Counted from the stretch's first letter, positions 9,041 through 20,201 are shown. The stretch is 64,000 bases of DNA from an uncultured Acidobacteriota bacterium (GCA_963777605.1 CAVZRV010000007.1:800001-864000); one strand, 5' to 3'. Numbers and translations: made by a program. The notes: generated from the sequence alone by a model not told the origin.

Positions 9041-11368
9041 ATGGATGACAAGAGTCTCGAATTCCTAGAGTTCCCTTCAGTACTGGAGATCATCGCGGAG
9101 ACTGCGGTGACGCCCCAGGGTAAGACTGAGATTGGTCGTTTACGGCCGCTTTCGGACCTGCCTTCGATCTGTCGAATGCAGGATGAACTCAAGGAAGCAT
9201 TCCGTCTGAATTCGGGTGGAAGTGAGATCCGGTTCGATCTTCCCGAAGGTGGGCCACTGCTCGATTCGCTGGCGGACCGCGGAGCGGTTCTCGACCGCGA
9301 AGCCCTCCTCGAACTACTGATCTACCTGCGATTTGCCGAACTGCTCCGCCAGGTTCTCCCGCGGGATGATTTTCCTAACCTGTGGCGAATCTGCGCGGCG
9401 ACCTCGGTCCCCGCGGCTCTCCTCGGCCGGCTGGAAAATTCTCTCGACGAAAAAGGCCGTATCTCTGACTCGGCACACCCCGAGTTGGGGACCGTCCGTC
9501 GCAGACAGGAGGTCTCCCGCAAGCGGATTCAAGATCACCTGCGCCGGTTCCTGCAGGGCAAGCGTGCCAGGTTTCTCATCGACGAGCCCTACATCACCCA
9601 GCGAGCCAACCGATACGTGATCCCCGTTCGGGTGGAAAACCAGCGTGATCTCCCGGGAATTGTCCACGGGACAAGTTCCTCCGGGGCCACCGTCTTCATG
9701 GAACCGTTCAGCGCGGTCGAATTTAACAACGAGCACATCTTCTACCAGGACCGTGAGTTGGAAATTGTCCGGCAGGTCCTTCGCTCCCTCACAGACGAGG
9801 CGCGCAAATGCCGTGACCAAATCGAGGCCATCTACCGTGCCAGCGGAGAACTCGAAGCCCGTTTCGCCTGCGCCGAGTACTGGACTCGCTACCAGTGCAC
9901 CCTGCCCGACGTGGTGGACTCGGGGTTGCTCGAGCTGAAAGGGGCCCGCCACCCTCTTCTCTTGAAGACGCTGGGGAACGACGACACCGTACCAATCGAA
10001 ATCGGCCTGGGAGGGGAGGATCACGTGCTCGTGATCAGCGGCCCCAACACCGGGGGAAAGACTGCCGCTTTGAAAACGGTCGGGCTGCTTTCCCTGATGG
10101 CCCACTGCGGCCTCCCGGTTCCGGCGACCGGAGCCCAGGTTCCTTTGCTCTGCGGAATCCATGCCGATGTCGGGGACCACCAGTCGATCACCCATCAACA
10201 AAGTACTTTTTCAGCGCACATTGAGCGGATCAAAGAGTTGACTGGAGTGAGCCCGGGCCCCAGCCTGATCCTGCTCGATGAATTGGGCCGCGGTACCGAC
10301 CCGGCGTACGGCTCGGCCCTTGCAATCGCAGTGCTCGAGCACTTTCGCCGGCTTCAGCACCTGGTTTTTGCCACAACCCACCACCGCGCAGTGAAATCCT
10401 ATGCGGCGTTGACCGAGGGAGTGCTCAACGCAAGTGTCCGCCTGGACTCAAGTTCCCTGCGCCCAACCTACCAACTCGAATACGGAGTCGCCGGCGGATC
10501 GAGCGGGCTCGAAATTGCTGCCCAACTCGGTCTCCCGTCGGAGGTGGTCAACTATGCAAGGAGTCTACTCGACGACAAAGATTCTCTGGCTGAAGGGTAT
10601 CTCGGGGAATTGCGGACCCGAATCGAGCAACTTCATGCACGGGAAGAGGAGTACGACGAGAAACTCCGCGACCTGGACCGGGAGCACCTCGAACAGCGGC
10701 GACAAGCAGAGATCGAGCGCCGTGAACAGGAACAGTTGATGGAACGGACTCTTGAACGCCTGGCGGAGGAGTTTCGCAAGGAGGGTCGCCTGTTCGTCAA
10801 ACGGCTCACTGATCGAACGGAAGCACAAGCCGCACAGAAACGGCTTCAGCTCCGCGAAGCCGCCCTCAAAGAGTGGTTCCGTCGTCACGCTGCAGAGCGG
10901 CGGCGTGGGGAGTCTAAACAGGAGTCGGCGCAGGCGCCTCGGGGACTCCAGCCAGGTGATCTGGTCTATCATCGCTTCTTTCGATCCAAGGGACGGGTTG
11001 TTTCGGTTGACGGGGACTCAGCGGTTGTCGATATCGCGGGCAAGAACGTTTCGGCCCGGGATGCCGATCTGCAACGGGTGGAGCGAACCGAAAAAGTCCT
11101 CAAACCCGCGCCGCAGGTTACCGTCCGGGTTGTGGAGGATACCGACCCGGAATTGAACCTGATCGGAAAGACCGTCGAAGAGGCATCGTTTGAACTCGAC
11201 AAGTACCTGGACCGGGCGTTTGTTTCCTGCCTGCCGGAAGTGAGAATCGTCCATGGATTCGGCACCGGAAGGTTGCGGAGTTTTGTAGAAGGTTTCCTCT
11301 CCAAGCACTGCCACGTTTCTTCATTCGAGGTTGAAGGCGGTTCGACGAGAGTTCATTTGAAGGTGTGA
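9041..11368 (+). CDS. mutS2: Endonuclease MutS2
   Basis: Start MDDKSLEFLEF; GIVHGTSSSGATVFMEP, Walker A SGPNTGGKT, LLDELGRGTDP, C-terminal Smr domain IVHGFGTG. Confidence 0.93.
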   Translation: MDDKSLEFLEFPSVLEIIAETAVTPQGKTEIGRLRPLSDLPSICRMQDELKEAFRLNSGGSEIRFDLPEGGPLLDSLADRGAVLDREALLELLIYLRFAELLRQVLPRDDFPNLWRICAATSVPAALLGRLENSLDEKGRISDSAHPELGTVRRRQEVSRKRIQDHLRRFLQGKRARFLIDEPYITQRANRYVIPVRVENQRDLPGIVHGTSSSGATVFMEPFSAVEFNNEHIFYQDRELEIVRQVLRSLTDEARKCRDQIEAIYRASGELEARFACAEYWTRYQCTLPDVVDSGLLELKGARHPLLLKTLGNDDTVPIEIGLGGEDHVLVISGPNTGGKTAALKTVGLLSLMAHCGLPVPATGAQVPLLCGIHADVGDHQSITHQQSTFSAHIERIKELTGVSPGPSLILLDELGRGTDPAYGSALAIAVLEHFRRLQHLVFATTHHRAVKSYAALTEGVLNASVRLDSSSLRPTYQLEYGVAGGSSGLEIAAQLGLPSEVVNYARSLLDDKDSLAEGYLGELRTRIEQLHAREEEYDEKLRDLDREHLEQRRQAEIERREQEQLMERTLERLAEEFRKEGRLFVKRLTDRTEAQAAQKRLQLREAALKEWFRRHAAERRRGESKQESAQAPRGLQPGDLVYHRFFRSKGRVVSVDGDSAVVDIAGKNVSARDADLQRVERTEKVLKPAPQVTVRVVEDTDPELNLIGKTVEEASFELDKYLDRAFVSCLPEVRIVHGFGTGRLRSFVEGFLSKHCHVSSFEVEGGSTRVHLKV

Positions 11369-11402
11369 TCCGCCCACTGCCGGCGGCCGGGAAGAACCGA
11401 CT

Positions 11403-13163
11403 TTGAAGAAGCTTGATTCCGACTTTGTTGAACGTGTCCGGTTCGCCGTGAACATCGTGGACCTGGTGGGAAGCTACGTCAATCTGCGCAAGCGGGGCCA
11501 AAACTACGTGGCGTTGTGCCCGTTTCACCAGGAGAAGACCCCCTCCTTTTCGGTCAATGAGAGCCGTCAGATCTTCAAGTGTTTCGGCTGCGGCGAGGGT
11601 GGGGACGCATTCGCATTCATTCAGAAGGTCGAGAACCTGACCTTTCCAGAGTCGATTCGTTTCCTGGCGGAGCGGCAGGGCATTCCTCTTCCCGATTCCG
11701 GGTCGGAGACAACCCAGGAGGGAAAGGACCGGGAGCGGTACCTGGAGATAATGCAGAAGGCCGCAGCCTTCTTTCGCGAGCAATTGGCGCGCAGCCGGGA
11801 GGGCCTCAGCTATCTTGATGGAAGGCAGATCGACCAGGAAACACGTGCAACGTTTGGAATCGGCTTCGCTCAATCGGGAAGCGCCTTGCTCCGGCAATTC
11901 CGCTCCGATGGAATCTCTCTTGCCGACCTGGAAGCATGCGGGCTGGTCTCTCGCAGCGAATCGGGGGAGCCCTATGACAAGTTCCGCAGCAGGGTAATCT
12001 TTCCCATCAAGAACCTCTCGGGAAAGACCATCGCCTTCGGCGGCAGAATTCTTGGTGACGGGCAACCAAAATACCTAAACTCCCCTGAAACCCTTCTCTA
12101 TTCCAAGGGCCATAATCTCTTCGGCCTTCACGCCGGGAAAGACGCCATCCGCAAGCAGGGGTTTGCCGTTCTGGTGGAAGGGTATTTCGACTGCATCGTT
12201 CCTTATCAGCACGGGGTACGGAACATCATCGCATCGTTGGGCACGAGTCTGACCGAGGGCCAGGTCCGCCTCATCTCTCGCTACACTCGTCGGGTTGTGG
12301 TGAATTTCGACCCTGATTCAGCCGGAATCTCCGCAGCGTTGCGGTCCATCGACCTCTTCCTTGAACAAGGTTTCCAGGTCAACGTGCTGCGCCTTCCCTC
12401 GGGAGAAGATCCCGACTCTTTCATTGTCAACCACGGAGTCGAGGAGTACCTGAGGGTGCTCAAGGAATCTTCTCCCTTCGTCGACTTTCTGCTGGCCCAT
12501 TTTCTCTCCCAACAACGCGATCCGCAGAGCCCCAATGGGAAACAGGAGGTAATTGACAAGCTCCTTCCCTTTATAGCCAAACTGCCCCACCGGGTGGAGC
12601 GGGCGGAGTACGTTTCCAGGGTGTCATCGCGCCTCCTGGTGGATGAGGAAGTCCTGGTCGGGGAACTGCGCAAGTATTCACGCGCACCACAGAGGCAGAG
12701 GCAGAAGCAGTTGACGATTAGCGCGGTGCGCACGGTCGCAGTGGAGCCGACCCTGGCGGAGAAATCGCTCTTCGCGGCCTGCCTTGACGAAAATACCTGG
12801 GAATTGGTGCTGGCTCTGGCCGAAGCATCCATGTTCGAAGGGCTGGCGACCGGGACCCTCTTCCGGGAGATTTTCGCGATCCGGAAACAAAACGAACATT
12901 TCGACATCTTTAAATTGAGAGAGCGGTTGGAGGGCGACGACCTTGATCTCTTCGATCGACTTTCTGTAACTTCGTCAGAGCTTCAGGTGTCGGACGAAGA
13001 GATCAGGCAGTGTGTCGAGGCCATTGGCGATTTGGCACTCAATCGCGTGAGCCGACAAATCCAACAGGAGATCGCTCAGGAAGAGAAGAGCGGGCAGACT
13101 TCAGAACGGCTCGAAGAACTGCTTCGGAACAAGGAACTTATTCAGCGTCGGCGACGTCGGTGA
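11403..13163 (+). CDS. dnaG: DNA primase
   Basis: Zn finger [11 protein letters not shown]...[17 protein letters not shown], Toprim VEGYFD and DPDSAG. Confidence 0.98.
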   Translation: MKKLDSDFVERVRFAVNIVDLVGSYVNLRKRGQNYVALCPFHQEKTPSFSVNESRQIFKCFGCGEGGDAFAFIQKVENLTFPESIRFLAERQGIPLPDSGSETTQEGKDRERYLEIMQKAAAFFREQLARSREGLSYLDGRQIDQETRATFGIGFAQSGSALLRQFRSDGISLADLEACGLVSRSESGEPYDKFRSRVIFPIKNLSGKTIAFGGRILGDGQPKYLNSPETLLYSKGHNLFGLHAGKDAIRKQGFAVLVEGYFDCIVPYQHGVRNIIASLGTSLTEGQVRLISRYTRRVVVNFDPDSAGISAALRSIDLFLEQGFQVNVLRLPSGEDPDSFIVNHGVEEYLRVLKESSPFVDFLLAHFLSQQRDPQSPNGKQEVIDKLLPFIAKLPHRVERAEYVSRVSSRLLVDEEVLVGELRKYSRAPQRQRQKQLTISAVRTVAVEPTLAEKSLFAACLDENTWELVLALAEASMFEGLATGTLFREIFAIRKQNEHFDIFKLRERLEGDDLDLFDRLSVTSSELQVSDEEIRQCVEAIGDLALNRVSRQIQQEIAQEEKSGQTSERLEELLRNKELIQRRRRR

Positions 13164-13245
13164 CTGCTTCCGGGATCTCCTGAACCACCCGAATTGTGTC
13201 CTCCCTCGTGAGAGGCTTGAATTTTGTATAATTAGAGGTCTGCGC

Positions 13246-14979
13246 ATGGACCAGGATAACGAAGATCTGCTTTCAGAAATTGAAGACAAGTACGACGGCG
13301 TAAAGGAACTCCTGTCTGCGGGGAAAGAAAAAGGCTACCTCCTCTACGACGAGGTGAACGATTTTCTGCCCGACGACATTCAGTCCTCTGAAGATCTGGA
13401 CCAGATCTTCAACCTCTTTGGGGACGCCGGCATCGAAGTCATCGACTCCGAAGACGACTTCGAGGTCATCAAGAAGCGCGCCCGGTCGCGCACCACCTCG
13501 GACGATGACGATGGAGATGAGCCCAGCACCCCGTCGGAGGATTTGGAGAAGACCAACGATCCCGTCAGGATGTACCTCCGGGAAATGGGTACCGTTCCAT
13601 TGCTCACCCGGGAAGGTGAGGTCGAGATCGCCAAACGTATTGAGCGGGGAAAGAAGACCGTTCTCAAGGCGATTTCCCGCTCCCCACTCGTGGTCAACGA
13701 AATTCGCCAATCCGTCAACCTGCTTTCCGATCCGGATTTCAACCTCAAGAACCTGGTGAATTTCTCGGAAGAGGAAATCACCGAAAAGGTTATTGAGAAT
13801 CGTCGCAAAGAGCATCGGACCCAGATTTCGAAAATCTCCGAACTGGAAGAGCAGTCGAACAAGCTGCGTTCTCAACTCCGCAAGGCCCGGCGCGGTTCGT
13901 CCGAGCACGGAGCCTTGACCACGAAGCTGGCTCGGTACCGGATTCCAACCGCCCGCTTGATTCGTGACCTCGATCTTACGGCGGAAGTGCACGAACAATT
14001 GGTCGGCAAGATCAAGAGCGTAGTCGAAAACGTCATGACCCTGGAACGGGAGGCAAAGCGACTGCGCAAGCTGCAGGAGTCCCCCCTGAAGCTCGAAGAG
14101 TCGAAAAAGATTAAGCTTCGACTCAGGGAGATCGAGAAAGAAGTCAAGGAACTGGAGGACAACGCGATCGCGTCGTCCGGCGAGCTGAAAAGGACCCTCG
14201 CTACGATCAAGCAAGGGGAACTGGAAGCCGACATTGCAAAGAAGGAACTGGTTGAGGCCAATCTCCGGCTGGTCGTATCGATTGCCAAGAAGTACACGAA
14301 TCGGGGACTTCAGTTCCTGGACCTGATCCAGGAAGGCAACATCGGGTTGATGAAGGCCGTCGACAAGTTCGAGTATCGGCGTGGTTACAAGTTCTCCACT
14401 TACGCTACCTGGTGGATTCGGCAGGCAATCACCCGGGCCATTGCCGATCAGGCCCGCACGATCCGTATCCCGGTACACATGATCGAAACGATCAACAAGC
14501 TGATCCGGACCTCGCGAGCGCTGGTTCAGGAACTCGGGCGTGAGCCGACCGCCGAGGAAATTGGCGAGAAGATGGACATGCCCGCCAGCAAAGTGCGGAA
14601 GATTCTGAAGATTGCGCAGGAGCCGATCTCGCTCGAGACCCCGATTGGCGAGGAAGAAGACAGCCATCTGGGCGACTTTATTGAGGACCGGGGAGTCGTG
14701 TCCCCGTCGGAGTCGGTAATCAACCTTAACCTGAAGGAGCAAACCGCAGCTGTACTCCAGAGCTTGACCCAGCGGGAGGAGCAGGTCATTCGCATGCGTT
14801 TCGGGATTGGCGACGGCAGCGAGCACACGCTCGAAGAAGTCGGCCAGCGCTTCTCTGTGACGCGGGAACGGATTCGGCAGATCGAAGCCAAGGCGCTTAG
14901 AAAACTGCGCCATCCTTCCCGGAGCCGAAAGTTGAAAGCTTTCCTAGAGGCGAACGGCAAGGAAGGCAACATGCAGTAG
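13246..14979 (+). CDS. rpoD: RNA polymerase primary sigma factor RpoD
   Basis: [74 protein letters not shown]. Confidence 0.99.
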   Translation: MDQDNEDLLSEIEDKYDGVKELLSAGKEKGYLLYDEVNDFLPDDIQSSEDLDQIFNLFGDAGIEVIDSEDDFEVIKKRARSRTTSDDDDGDEPSTPSEDLEKTNDPVRMYLREMGTVPLLTREGEVEIAKRIERGKKTVLKAISRSPLVVNEIRQSVNLLSDPDFNLKNLVNFSEEEITEKVIENRRKEHRTQISKISELEEQSNKLRSQLRKARRGSSEHGALTTKLARYRIPTARLIRDLDLTAEVHEQLVGKIKSVVENVMTLEREAKRLRKLQESPLKLEESKKIKLRLREIEKEVKELEDNAIASSGELKRTLATIKQGELEADIAKKELVEANLRLVVSIAKKYTNRGLQFLDLIQEGNIGLMKAVDKFEYRRGYKFSTYATWWIRQAITRAIADQARTIRIPVHMIETINKLIRTSRALVQELGREPTAEEIGEKMDMPASKVRKILKIAQEPISLETPIGEEEDSHLGDFIEDRGVVSPSESVINLNLKEQTAAVLQSLTQREEQVIRMRFGIGDGSEHTLEEVGQRFSVTRERIRQIEAKALRKLRHPSRSRKLKAFLEANGKEGNMQ

Positions 14980-15018
14980 AACAACAGGGGGTGAGAAATC
15001 ACCCCCTGTTGTTGTTTT
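14980..15018 (+). terminator. Intrinsic terminator-like hairpin after rpoD
   Basis: Perfect 15-bp stem AACAACAGGGGGTGA-GAAA-TCACCCCCTGTTGTT followed by GTTTT. Confidence 0.75.
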
Positions 15019-15095
15019 GGGCCCATAGCTCAGTCGGTTAGAGCATCTGACTCATAATCAGACGGTCGTAGGTTCGAGTCCTACTGGGCCCACCA
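15019..15095 (+). tRNA. tRNA with CAT anticodon, most likely tRNA-Ile2 (lysidine type)
   Basis: GGGCCCATAGCTCAGTCGGTTAGAGCA-TCTGA-CTCATAA-TCAGA...GGTTCGAGTCC...GGGCCCACCA; resembles ileX and lies downstream of dnaG-rpoD. Confidence 0.9.
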
Positions 15096-15164
15096 AAGGC
15101 TCGGTCCTGAAAGGACGGATCAAGCCCTTACGGGAGTTCCGTAACCACATGCTGGTGGAGACTG

Positions 15165-15893
15165 ATGGAAAAGACAAGCGACTATGCTGAGTTGTTGCGC
15201 CAGTTGGTGCACTTGCAGGAATACCATTGCCGCATATCGGAACTGCAGGGAAAAGTTGAACGCGCACCCGCCCAGATTGCCCAGTTGGATGCCGCCCTGG
15301 AGGGGCAGACCTCAGAAGTAAACTCAGCTCAGCAGCGCATCGAAGAGGCTACCAGGGAACGGCGGGCGCTGGAGCACGAAGTCGAGACGCTTCGAGGCAA
15401 ACTGTCCCACTACAAAGACCAGCTGATGTCGGTCAAGACGAACACCGAATATCAGGCGATGCTGCATGAAATCAGCTTCGTTGAGACTCAGATCGGTGAC
15501 AAGGAAGACCGCATCCTCGAGTGCATGCTGGAAGCCGATGAATTGGAGTCAAATCTCGCTGATGCCACGACCTCTTTCGAAGAGAAACGACGGACGATAG
15601 AGGTTCAGAAGAAAGAGATCGAGGATTTTGTCTCCAATTCCGAGAAGGAGCTGGTGCAGCTCCGGGCTGAGATGGGACAGCTTGAGAACGACCTCCCAGC
15701 AGGTTTTCTCGAGCGCTACCAGCGGATCGCAGCAGTTCGCGGTGGGGTGGCCCTGGCAGCAGTTTCGAACTCTTCCTGCGAAGCTTGCCACGTCCGGCTC
15801 CGTCCCCAGCTGGTCGCGGAAATTCGCACAAATCGCGAGATTATGGTTTGCGAAAACTGCAATCGCATCCTTTACTATCCCCACACAAATTGA
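15165..15893 (+). CDS. Coiled-coil protein with C-terminal C4 zinc ribbon (DUF164/HP0958-like)
   Basis: Long coiled coil, KTNTEYQAMLHEI, CEACH...CENCNRIL. Confidence 0.88.
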   Translation: MEKTSDYAELLRQLVHLQEYHCRISELQGKVERAPAQIAQLDAALEGQTSEVNSAQQRIEEATRERRALEHEVETLRGKLSHYKDQLMSVKTNTEYQAMLHEISFVETQIGDKEDRILECMLEADELESNLADATTSFEEKRRTIEVQKKEIEDFVSNSEKELVQLRAEMGQLENDLPAGFLERYQRIAAVRGGVALAAVSNSSCEACHVRLRPQLVAEIRTNREIMVCENCNRILYYPHTN

Positions 15894-15895
15894 AC

Positions 15896-16672
15896 ATGTT
15901 GCGAGACTTTCCCCGCCAACTCTACCTGGCGGTGACCGATTTCGAATTCTATAGCCGCGTCTTCCAGCAGCCGTTCCGGCGCACTCTCGTCTTCCTGCTC
16001 TACGTCGCCGCGGTTGTCGCCGCCTTGCAGACCCTGATTTACGCCTGGTTCTTTTTCCCGGAAATCGACCGCTTCGTCGACTGGGGGCGCTCCTCACTTC
16101 CAGCCTTCTCTGTGAGCAGCGGGGAACTGTCGGTAGATGCCGACCAGCCGCTCGTCACCAAGTATGATCCCGGGGACCGGTCCGACGACTGGACCTTTGT
16201 CTTTGACACGACTGGCGCCTACAACGACCCCTACGGACTGGAAGAGCCGGCTTTTGTTTTCGGCACCAAGGATCTTTCGGTCCAGATGGAGGGCCAGTCG
16301 CAGGCCTACCCCTGGAACGATTTTGGAGACTTCAAGTTTTCCCCTGACCAGATCGGGGTTTACGGAAGTGTCGTGAAGTGGGGGTACTTCCCCACCGCCT
16401 ATTCGCTCCTGCTGTTCTGGAACCTGCTAGCCAAGGCGCTCACCGCCGCCTTCCTGAGTCCGATGGCCTACTCGATCGGACTCAGGTACGGAGTGCGATT
16501 GCCCTATTCCAACTGCTTCACGATCACGGCCTACAGCCTCGTCCCGGCTATCTGCATCGATTTGGCTGTTAGAATGACAGGAGTGGAAATTAGTTACTTC
16601 AGCTTGATTTATCTCGGCGTGGTGGCACTTTATACCTTCTTTGCCACTCAACGCTGCGTGGTGGCCCACTAA
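15896..16672 (+). CDS. Membrane protein, DUF1189-like
   Basis: N-terminal TM, soluble loop (LPAFSVSSGEL), three C-terminal TMs; ATG 2 nt after upstream stop. Confidence 0.6.
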   Translation: MLRDFPRQLYLAVTDFEFYSRVFQQPFRRTLVFLLYVAAVVAALQTLIYAWFFFPEIDRFVDWGRSSLPAFSVSSGELSVDADQPLVTKYDPGDRSDDWTFVFDTTGAYNDPYGLEEPAFVFGTKDLSVQMEGQSQAYPWNDFGDFKFSPDQIGVYGSVVKWGYFPTAYSLLLFWNLLAKALTAAFLSPMAYSIGLRYGVRLPYSNCFTITAYSLVPAICIDLAVRMTGVEISYFSLIYLGVVALYTFFATQRCVVAH

Positions 16673-16677
16673 CCCAA

Positions 16678-17649
16678 ATGTCCCCAAAACCAACTGTTCG
16701 CCTGGTTTTTGTGCTTCTGTTAACCGTGGTCGGCACGCTCTTCACGGTAGCCTCCCCGGCTGTACAATCGGGAGCGGAAGAAGCCGGGAAGCAGACCCAG
16801 GAAGACGAGTCGGCTGTCTTTCGGACATCCGTCGAAGTAGTCAACCTCCTCTGTACCGTTCGGCGCAAAGATCGCTACGTCCAGAACTTGACCCGGGATG
16901 ACTTTGAGATCTTTGAAGACGGGACCCGCCAGCAGATACAATACTTTTCCCTCGAGGCGGGGGACGACGCCCAGCCATTGAACGTTATCCTGCTCGTCGA
17001 TACGAGTGGAAGCGTCAAGGACAAGCTGATGTTCGAGCAGGATGCCGCGAACGCCTTTCTCGAAGAGACCTTGCGGCCTGACAAGGACATGGCGGCGGTG
17101 GTCCAGTTCGACAGTGAAATCAACCTGGTTCAGGATTTTACCTTCAGTCTTGATGCCTTGCAGAACTCCATCGTGGACATCCGTGCCGGGGGAGCCACCA
17201 AACTCTACGATGCTATCTGGGTATCGGTTCAGGAGCTGCTCCGCCATGAAGTCGGCCGTCGGGTCCTCGTGATTCTTAGCGACGGGGACGATACCCAGAG
17301 CGTAAAAAAGGACGACGACGCAATCAAGGCCGCCCAGGATTTCGACGCGGTGATCTTTGGAATTGGTGTCAGGGGCGGGCGATTCCGTTCCAATTTCGGC
17401 AAGCTGAAGCAGTTTTCCCGAGAGACGGGCGGCCTCTTTTTCAACTCCAAAGCCAGCATTGAAGACCTGCGCGAGGCCTTCAGCGAGATCAACACTGCCA
17501 TCAAGAGTCAGTACAGCATCGGATACGTCTCAACCAACCAGGCTCATGACGGATCGTTTCGCGAAATCGAGGTGCGGGTCAAAGGCCGAGACTTGAAGGT
17601 AAGCAACCGGAAAGGTTATTATGCCCCCAAGCCGGACAATGGGTCGTGA
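16678..17649 (+). CDS. VWA domain protein (acidobacterial VWFA-related type), exported
   Basis: Signal peptide, FRTSVEVVNL, MIDAS DTSGS, TKLYDAI, SDGDD, QYSIGY, RKGYYAP. Confidence 0.88.
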   Translation: MSPKPTVRLVFVLLLTVVGTLFTVASPAVQSGAEEAGKQTQEDESAVFRTSVEVVNLLCTVRRKDRYVQNLTRDDFEIFEDGTRQQIQYFSLEAGDDAQPLNVILLVDTSGSVKDKLMFEQDAANAFLEETLRPDKDMAAVVQFDSEINLVQDFTFSLDALQNSIVDIRAGGATKLYDAIWVSVQELLRHEVGRRVLVILSDGDDTQSVKKDDDAIKAAQDFDAVIFGIGVRGGRFRSNFGKLKQFSRETGGLFFNSKASIEDLREAFSEINTAIKSQYSIGYVSTNQAHDGSFREIEVRVKGRDLKVSNRKGYYAPKPDNGS

Positions 17650-17842
17650 CAAAGAACCGCCTCTCGAAGAACTGCTTCCAATTGAGTTGAGACTGCTCAT
17701 TCTGGAATCCGAACTGGAACGCCTGGAATCAGATGCTCGCTGGGTGGAGCAGAGACGCCGGGAAGTCCTCGAAGAAATCGAGGCCTGCAATTCCGTTCTC
17801 GCCAAGAGACGTCGAACTTCGGTCCTTCGACGGGTCAAGTAA
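17639..17842 (+). CDS. Small hypothetical coiled-coil protein (67 aa)
   Basis: Fills the gap after the VWA gene with an 11-nt overlap; E/L/R-rich heptad pattern. Confidence 0.5.
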   Translation: MGRDKEPPLEELLPIELRLLILESELERLESDARWVEQRRREVLEEIEACNSVLAKRRRTSVLRRVK

Positions 17843-17844
17843 TC

Positions 17845-18729
17845 CTATCCCGAACTCCGGTAAAACGAGGGTTCGGCGGGTGTGGCTCCGCGAATTCCAC
17901 AGATTCTCCCTGCGAATGCAACGGCCGAATTGAGCATCTCCGGCATGGCCTGATTCTGCATGATCCCTCGGATCACCGCCGCCGTGAACCCGTCTCCGGC
18001 ACCGACCGTATCGACCAGGGGCGTGTTCCTGTGAGATGGGGAAAAGTGGGTGGCTTCCCGGGTGGCCAGAACCGCCCCTGCACTTCCAAATGTAACCGCC
18101 AGAAGGTCGATGTCCAGTTCCCGGCAGGTCTCGCAGGCCTCTTCCGTAAACTCGTCCGAGCTCCGCCGGCCACGCCCGGTCACCGTTTCCAGTTCCTCGT
18201 CGTTCAACTTCAACCAGCGGGCCCGTTCGATCTGGGCGGCGACCAGCTCCGGCGTCCACCACGGCGGCCTCAAGTTGAGGTCAAGGAGAAGGTCACGAGA
18301 ACGGTTCCGGCAGAGCCGATCGAACGCCGCCCGGGATACTTCGCTTCTCAGGGCCAGCGTGCCGGCGCAGACCAGCCCCGCTTCGGTTTCCGGTCCCAAG
18401 CTGCGCTCCAATACGCCCCAGTCGATGAAGTCCCAGGCCGCGCCCGGCTTGATTTCATAGCGGGGCAGACCCTGCTCAAGGGTGACTCCCACAACTCCGG
18501 TTGGGTGATCCGGGTCAACCTGTATCGCGATGGTGTCCATCCCCACTGAGCACAGACTCCGCATGATCTTGTCGCCCCGGACATCAGCCCCCACTCGACT
18601 GATCATCAGCGGATTGAGGCCCCATCCCTGGAGGTGACGCGCCACGTTCAGGGGCGCCCCACCCAGCACTTCAGAGCCATCTTCGAACACGTCGAACAAG
18701 ATCTCGCCGAATACCAGAGGGCGGTTCAT
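17845..18729 (-). CDS. PfkB family carbohydrate kinase (fructokinase-like)
   Basis: FGEILFD, GGAPLNVA, DLNLR, KLNDEE, DTVGAGDGF. Confidence 0.92.
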   Translation of the reverse strand: MNRPLVFGEILFDVFEDGSEVLGGAPLNVARHLQGWGLNPLMISRVGADVRGDKIMRSLCSVGMDTIAIQVDPDHPTGVVGVTLEQGLPRYEIKPGAAWDFIDWGVLERSLGPETEAGLVCAGTLALRSEVSRAAFDRLCRNRSRDLLLDLNLRPPWWTPELVAAQIERARWLKLNDEELETVTGRGRRSSDEFTEEACETCRELDIDLLAVTFGSAGAVLATREATHFSPSHRNTPLVDTVGAGDGFTAAVIRGIMQNQAMPEMLNSAVAFAGRICGIRGATPAEPSFYRSSG

Positions 18730-18737
18730 CCACATCG

Positions 18738-20063
18738 CTAACGGACCTTCGAAAGAAAGTGATTCTCGACCCAAGAGGGATCCCACCATTCTACCGGGTT
18801 CACCTGGACTCCCTGTACGAGCATCGAGAAGTGAAGGTGGTCTCCCCCGGCCAGTCCCGTCTGTCCGGTCCTCCCCAGGGTTTCTCCACGCCCGACCATC
18901 TGATCGTTCTGAACCGCGATCGAACTGAGGTGCCCGTAGAGCGAAAAGAGGCCGAGTCCGTGGTCCACGATCACCGCATTTCCGTAGATTCCCAGATAAT
19001 CCGCCCAGACGATCCTGCCTGCATTGGACGCTTCCACGTCCGCCTGTGCCAACGAGGCAAGGTCATAGCCAAGATGGACCTGTTCATCCACTTTCTCACC
19101 CTTGAAATAGTAGGATCGATGATCGGCAAAGACAGCCTCCACCTTTGAGTTGGTCAGCTGGAGGAAGGGCTCTTTCCAGTAAAGTTCCGGGCTTGGTTCC
19201 CGGGTGATATCGGAAATCTGCCGGTTGTTCAACACCCGAAGATCGCGGTTGATAGCCAGAAAATCCTTGAGGGGATCCCCGGTTGCCTGGACGCTGTCCG
19301 ATCGAGAGAAGATCTCGGGGGTGACCGTCGCAACGAAAGTCTCGCTGATGTTCAAGTTCCGGTGGCGAAACTGCTGCGCGAAGGTCTTGCAGGGAACTCG
19401 GGTCTCGCTCCGATTACCCGCTTGGTCCGTTGCCCAGAGCTGTGCCGGCAGGTCGGTCGACTGGTCGTACCCGAGCGCGAAAATGCACACCATCATCCCG
19501 TCCGACTTGCCCGGAACCGGGTAGCCGACGAACTCGTTGTCTCCGACCCTGACTCCCGACTTGCCCGGTTCGTCGACACGGTAGAGCACGACCTCCGAGC
19601 CTCCCTGACGCAGGTAGTGCTGTCCCGAGATGACTTCAAGCCGCGGCGGATGCGAGTCATACACCCGGTCAAGCTTGAGTTCGCTGGTCCGGCTCAACAA
19701 CCAGAGGTTGGGCTGGTCCTCAGCCCGGATGGTGATAGTAAAGGGTCCCTGGTTCAGTCCCAGCCCTTTCCAGTCCGAGATCGAGGCCGCTCGCGCTGAT
19801 TCCGAACGCTCCCAGGGCCACCAGTCAAACGGAAACGACTCCTGGTCAACGGTGTGCTCATTGTCCTGCTGGCGGACGGTGATCTGAACGCCTCGCAGTC
19901 CCTTCCCGGTGTCTTCGACGTGGATTTGCAGGGTCGCATTCGGTCCGATCGATTCCGGGCCGTCCACGGTAATCACGGGCGAATCGGCATCCCAAAACCA
20001 GACCACTGCGCCGATACCCGCCAATACGGCAAGCGCCAGGATCATTCCGATGGTTCGCTTCAT
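18738..20063 (-). CDS. M23 family metallopeptidase, membrane-anchored
   Basis: N-terminal TM; HLGYD, YGNAVIVDHG, LYGHLS, GDHLHF. Confidence 0.92.
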   Translation of the reverse strand: MKRTIGMILALAVLAGIGAVVWFWDADSPVITVDGPESIGPNATLQIHVEDTGKGLRGVQITVRQQDNEHTVDQESFPFDWWPWERSESARAASISDWKGLGLNQGPFTITIRAEDQPNLWLLSRTSELKLDRVYDSHPPRLEVISGQHYLRQGGSEVVLYRVDEPGKSGVRVGDNEFVGYPVPGKSDGMMVCIFALGYDQSTDLPAQLWATDQAGNRSETRVPCKTFAQQFRHRNLNISETFVATVTPEIFSRSDSVQATGDPLKDFLAINRDLRVLNNRQISDITREPSPELYWKEPFLQLTNSKVEAVFADHRSYYFKGEKVDEQVHLGYDLASLAQADVEASNAGRIVWADYLGIYGNAVIVDHGLGLFSLYGHLSSIAVQNDQMVGRGETLGRTGQTGLAGGDHLHFSMLVQGVQVNPVEWWDPSWVENHFLSKVR

Positions 20064-20069
20064 TGGAAT

Positions 20070-20099
20070 ATGGTACGGGCTCGAGGTCTACGAGTTCAA
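20070..20099 (-). promoter_or_regulatory. Putative sigma70 promoter of the M23 gene (probably leaderless)
   Basis: TTGAAC-N18-TACCAT, then 6 nt, then ATG on the minus strand. Confidence 0.5.
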
Positions 20100-20101
20100 A
20101 G

Positions 20102-20129
20102 TTGACCCGGTTCGATTAACATATATAGT
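20102..20129 (+). promoter_or_regulatory. Putative sigma70 promoter for the Gfo/Idh/MocA gene
   Basis: TTGACC-N16-TATAGT. Confidence 0.45.
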
Positions 20130-20201
20130 TGGCTGATCGAAGTCGGCCTCGCGGCTCCTAAAAGCAGTCGATTCAGGGTTCGGATGGAGGATTGAGTAAG
20201 G

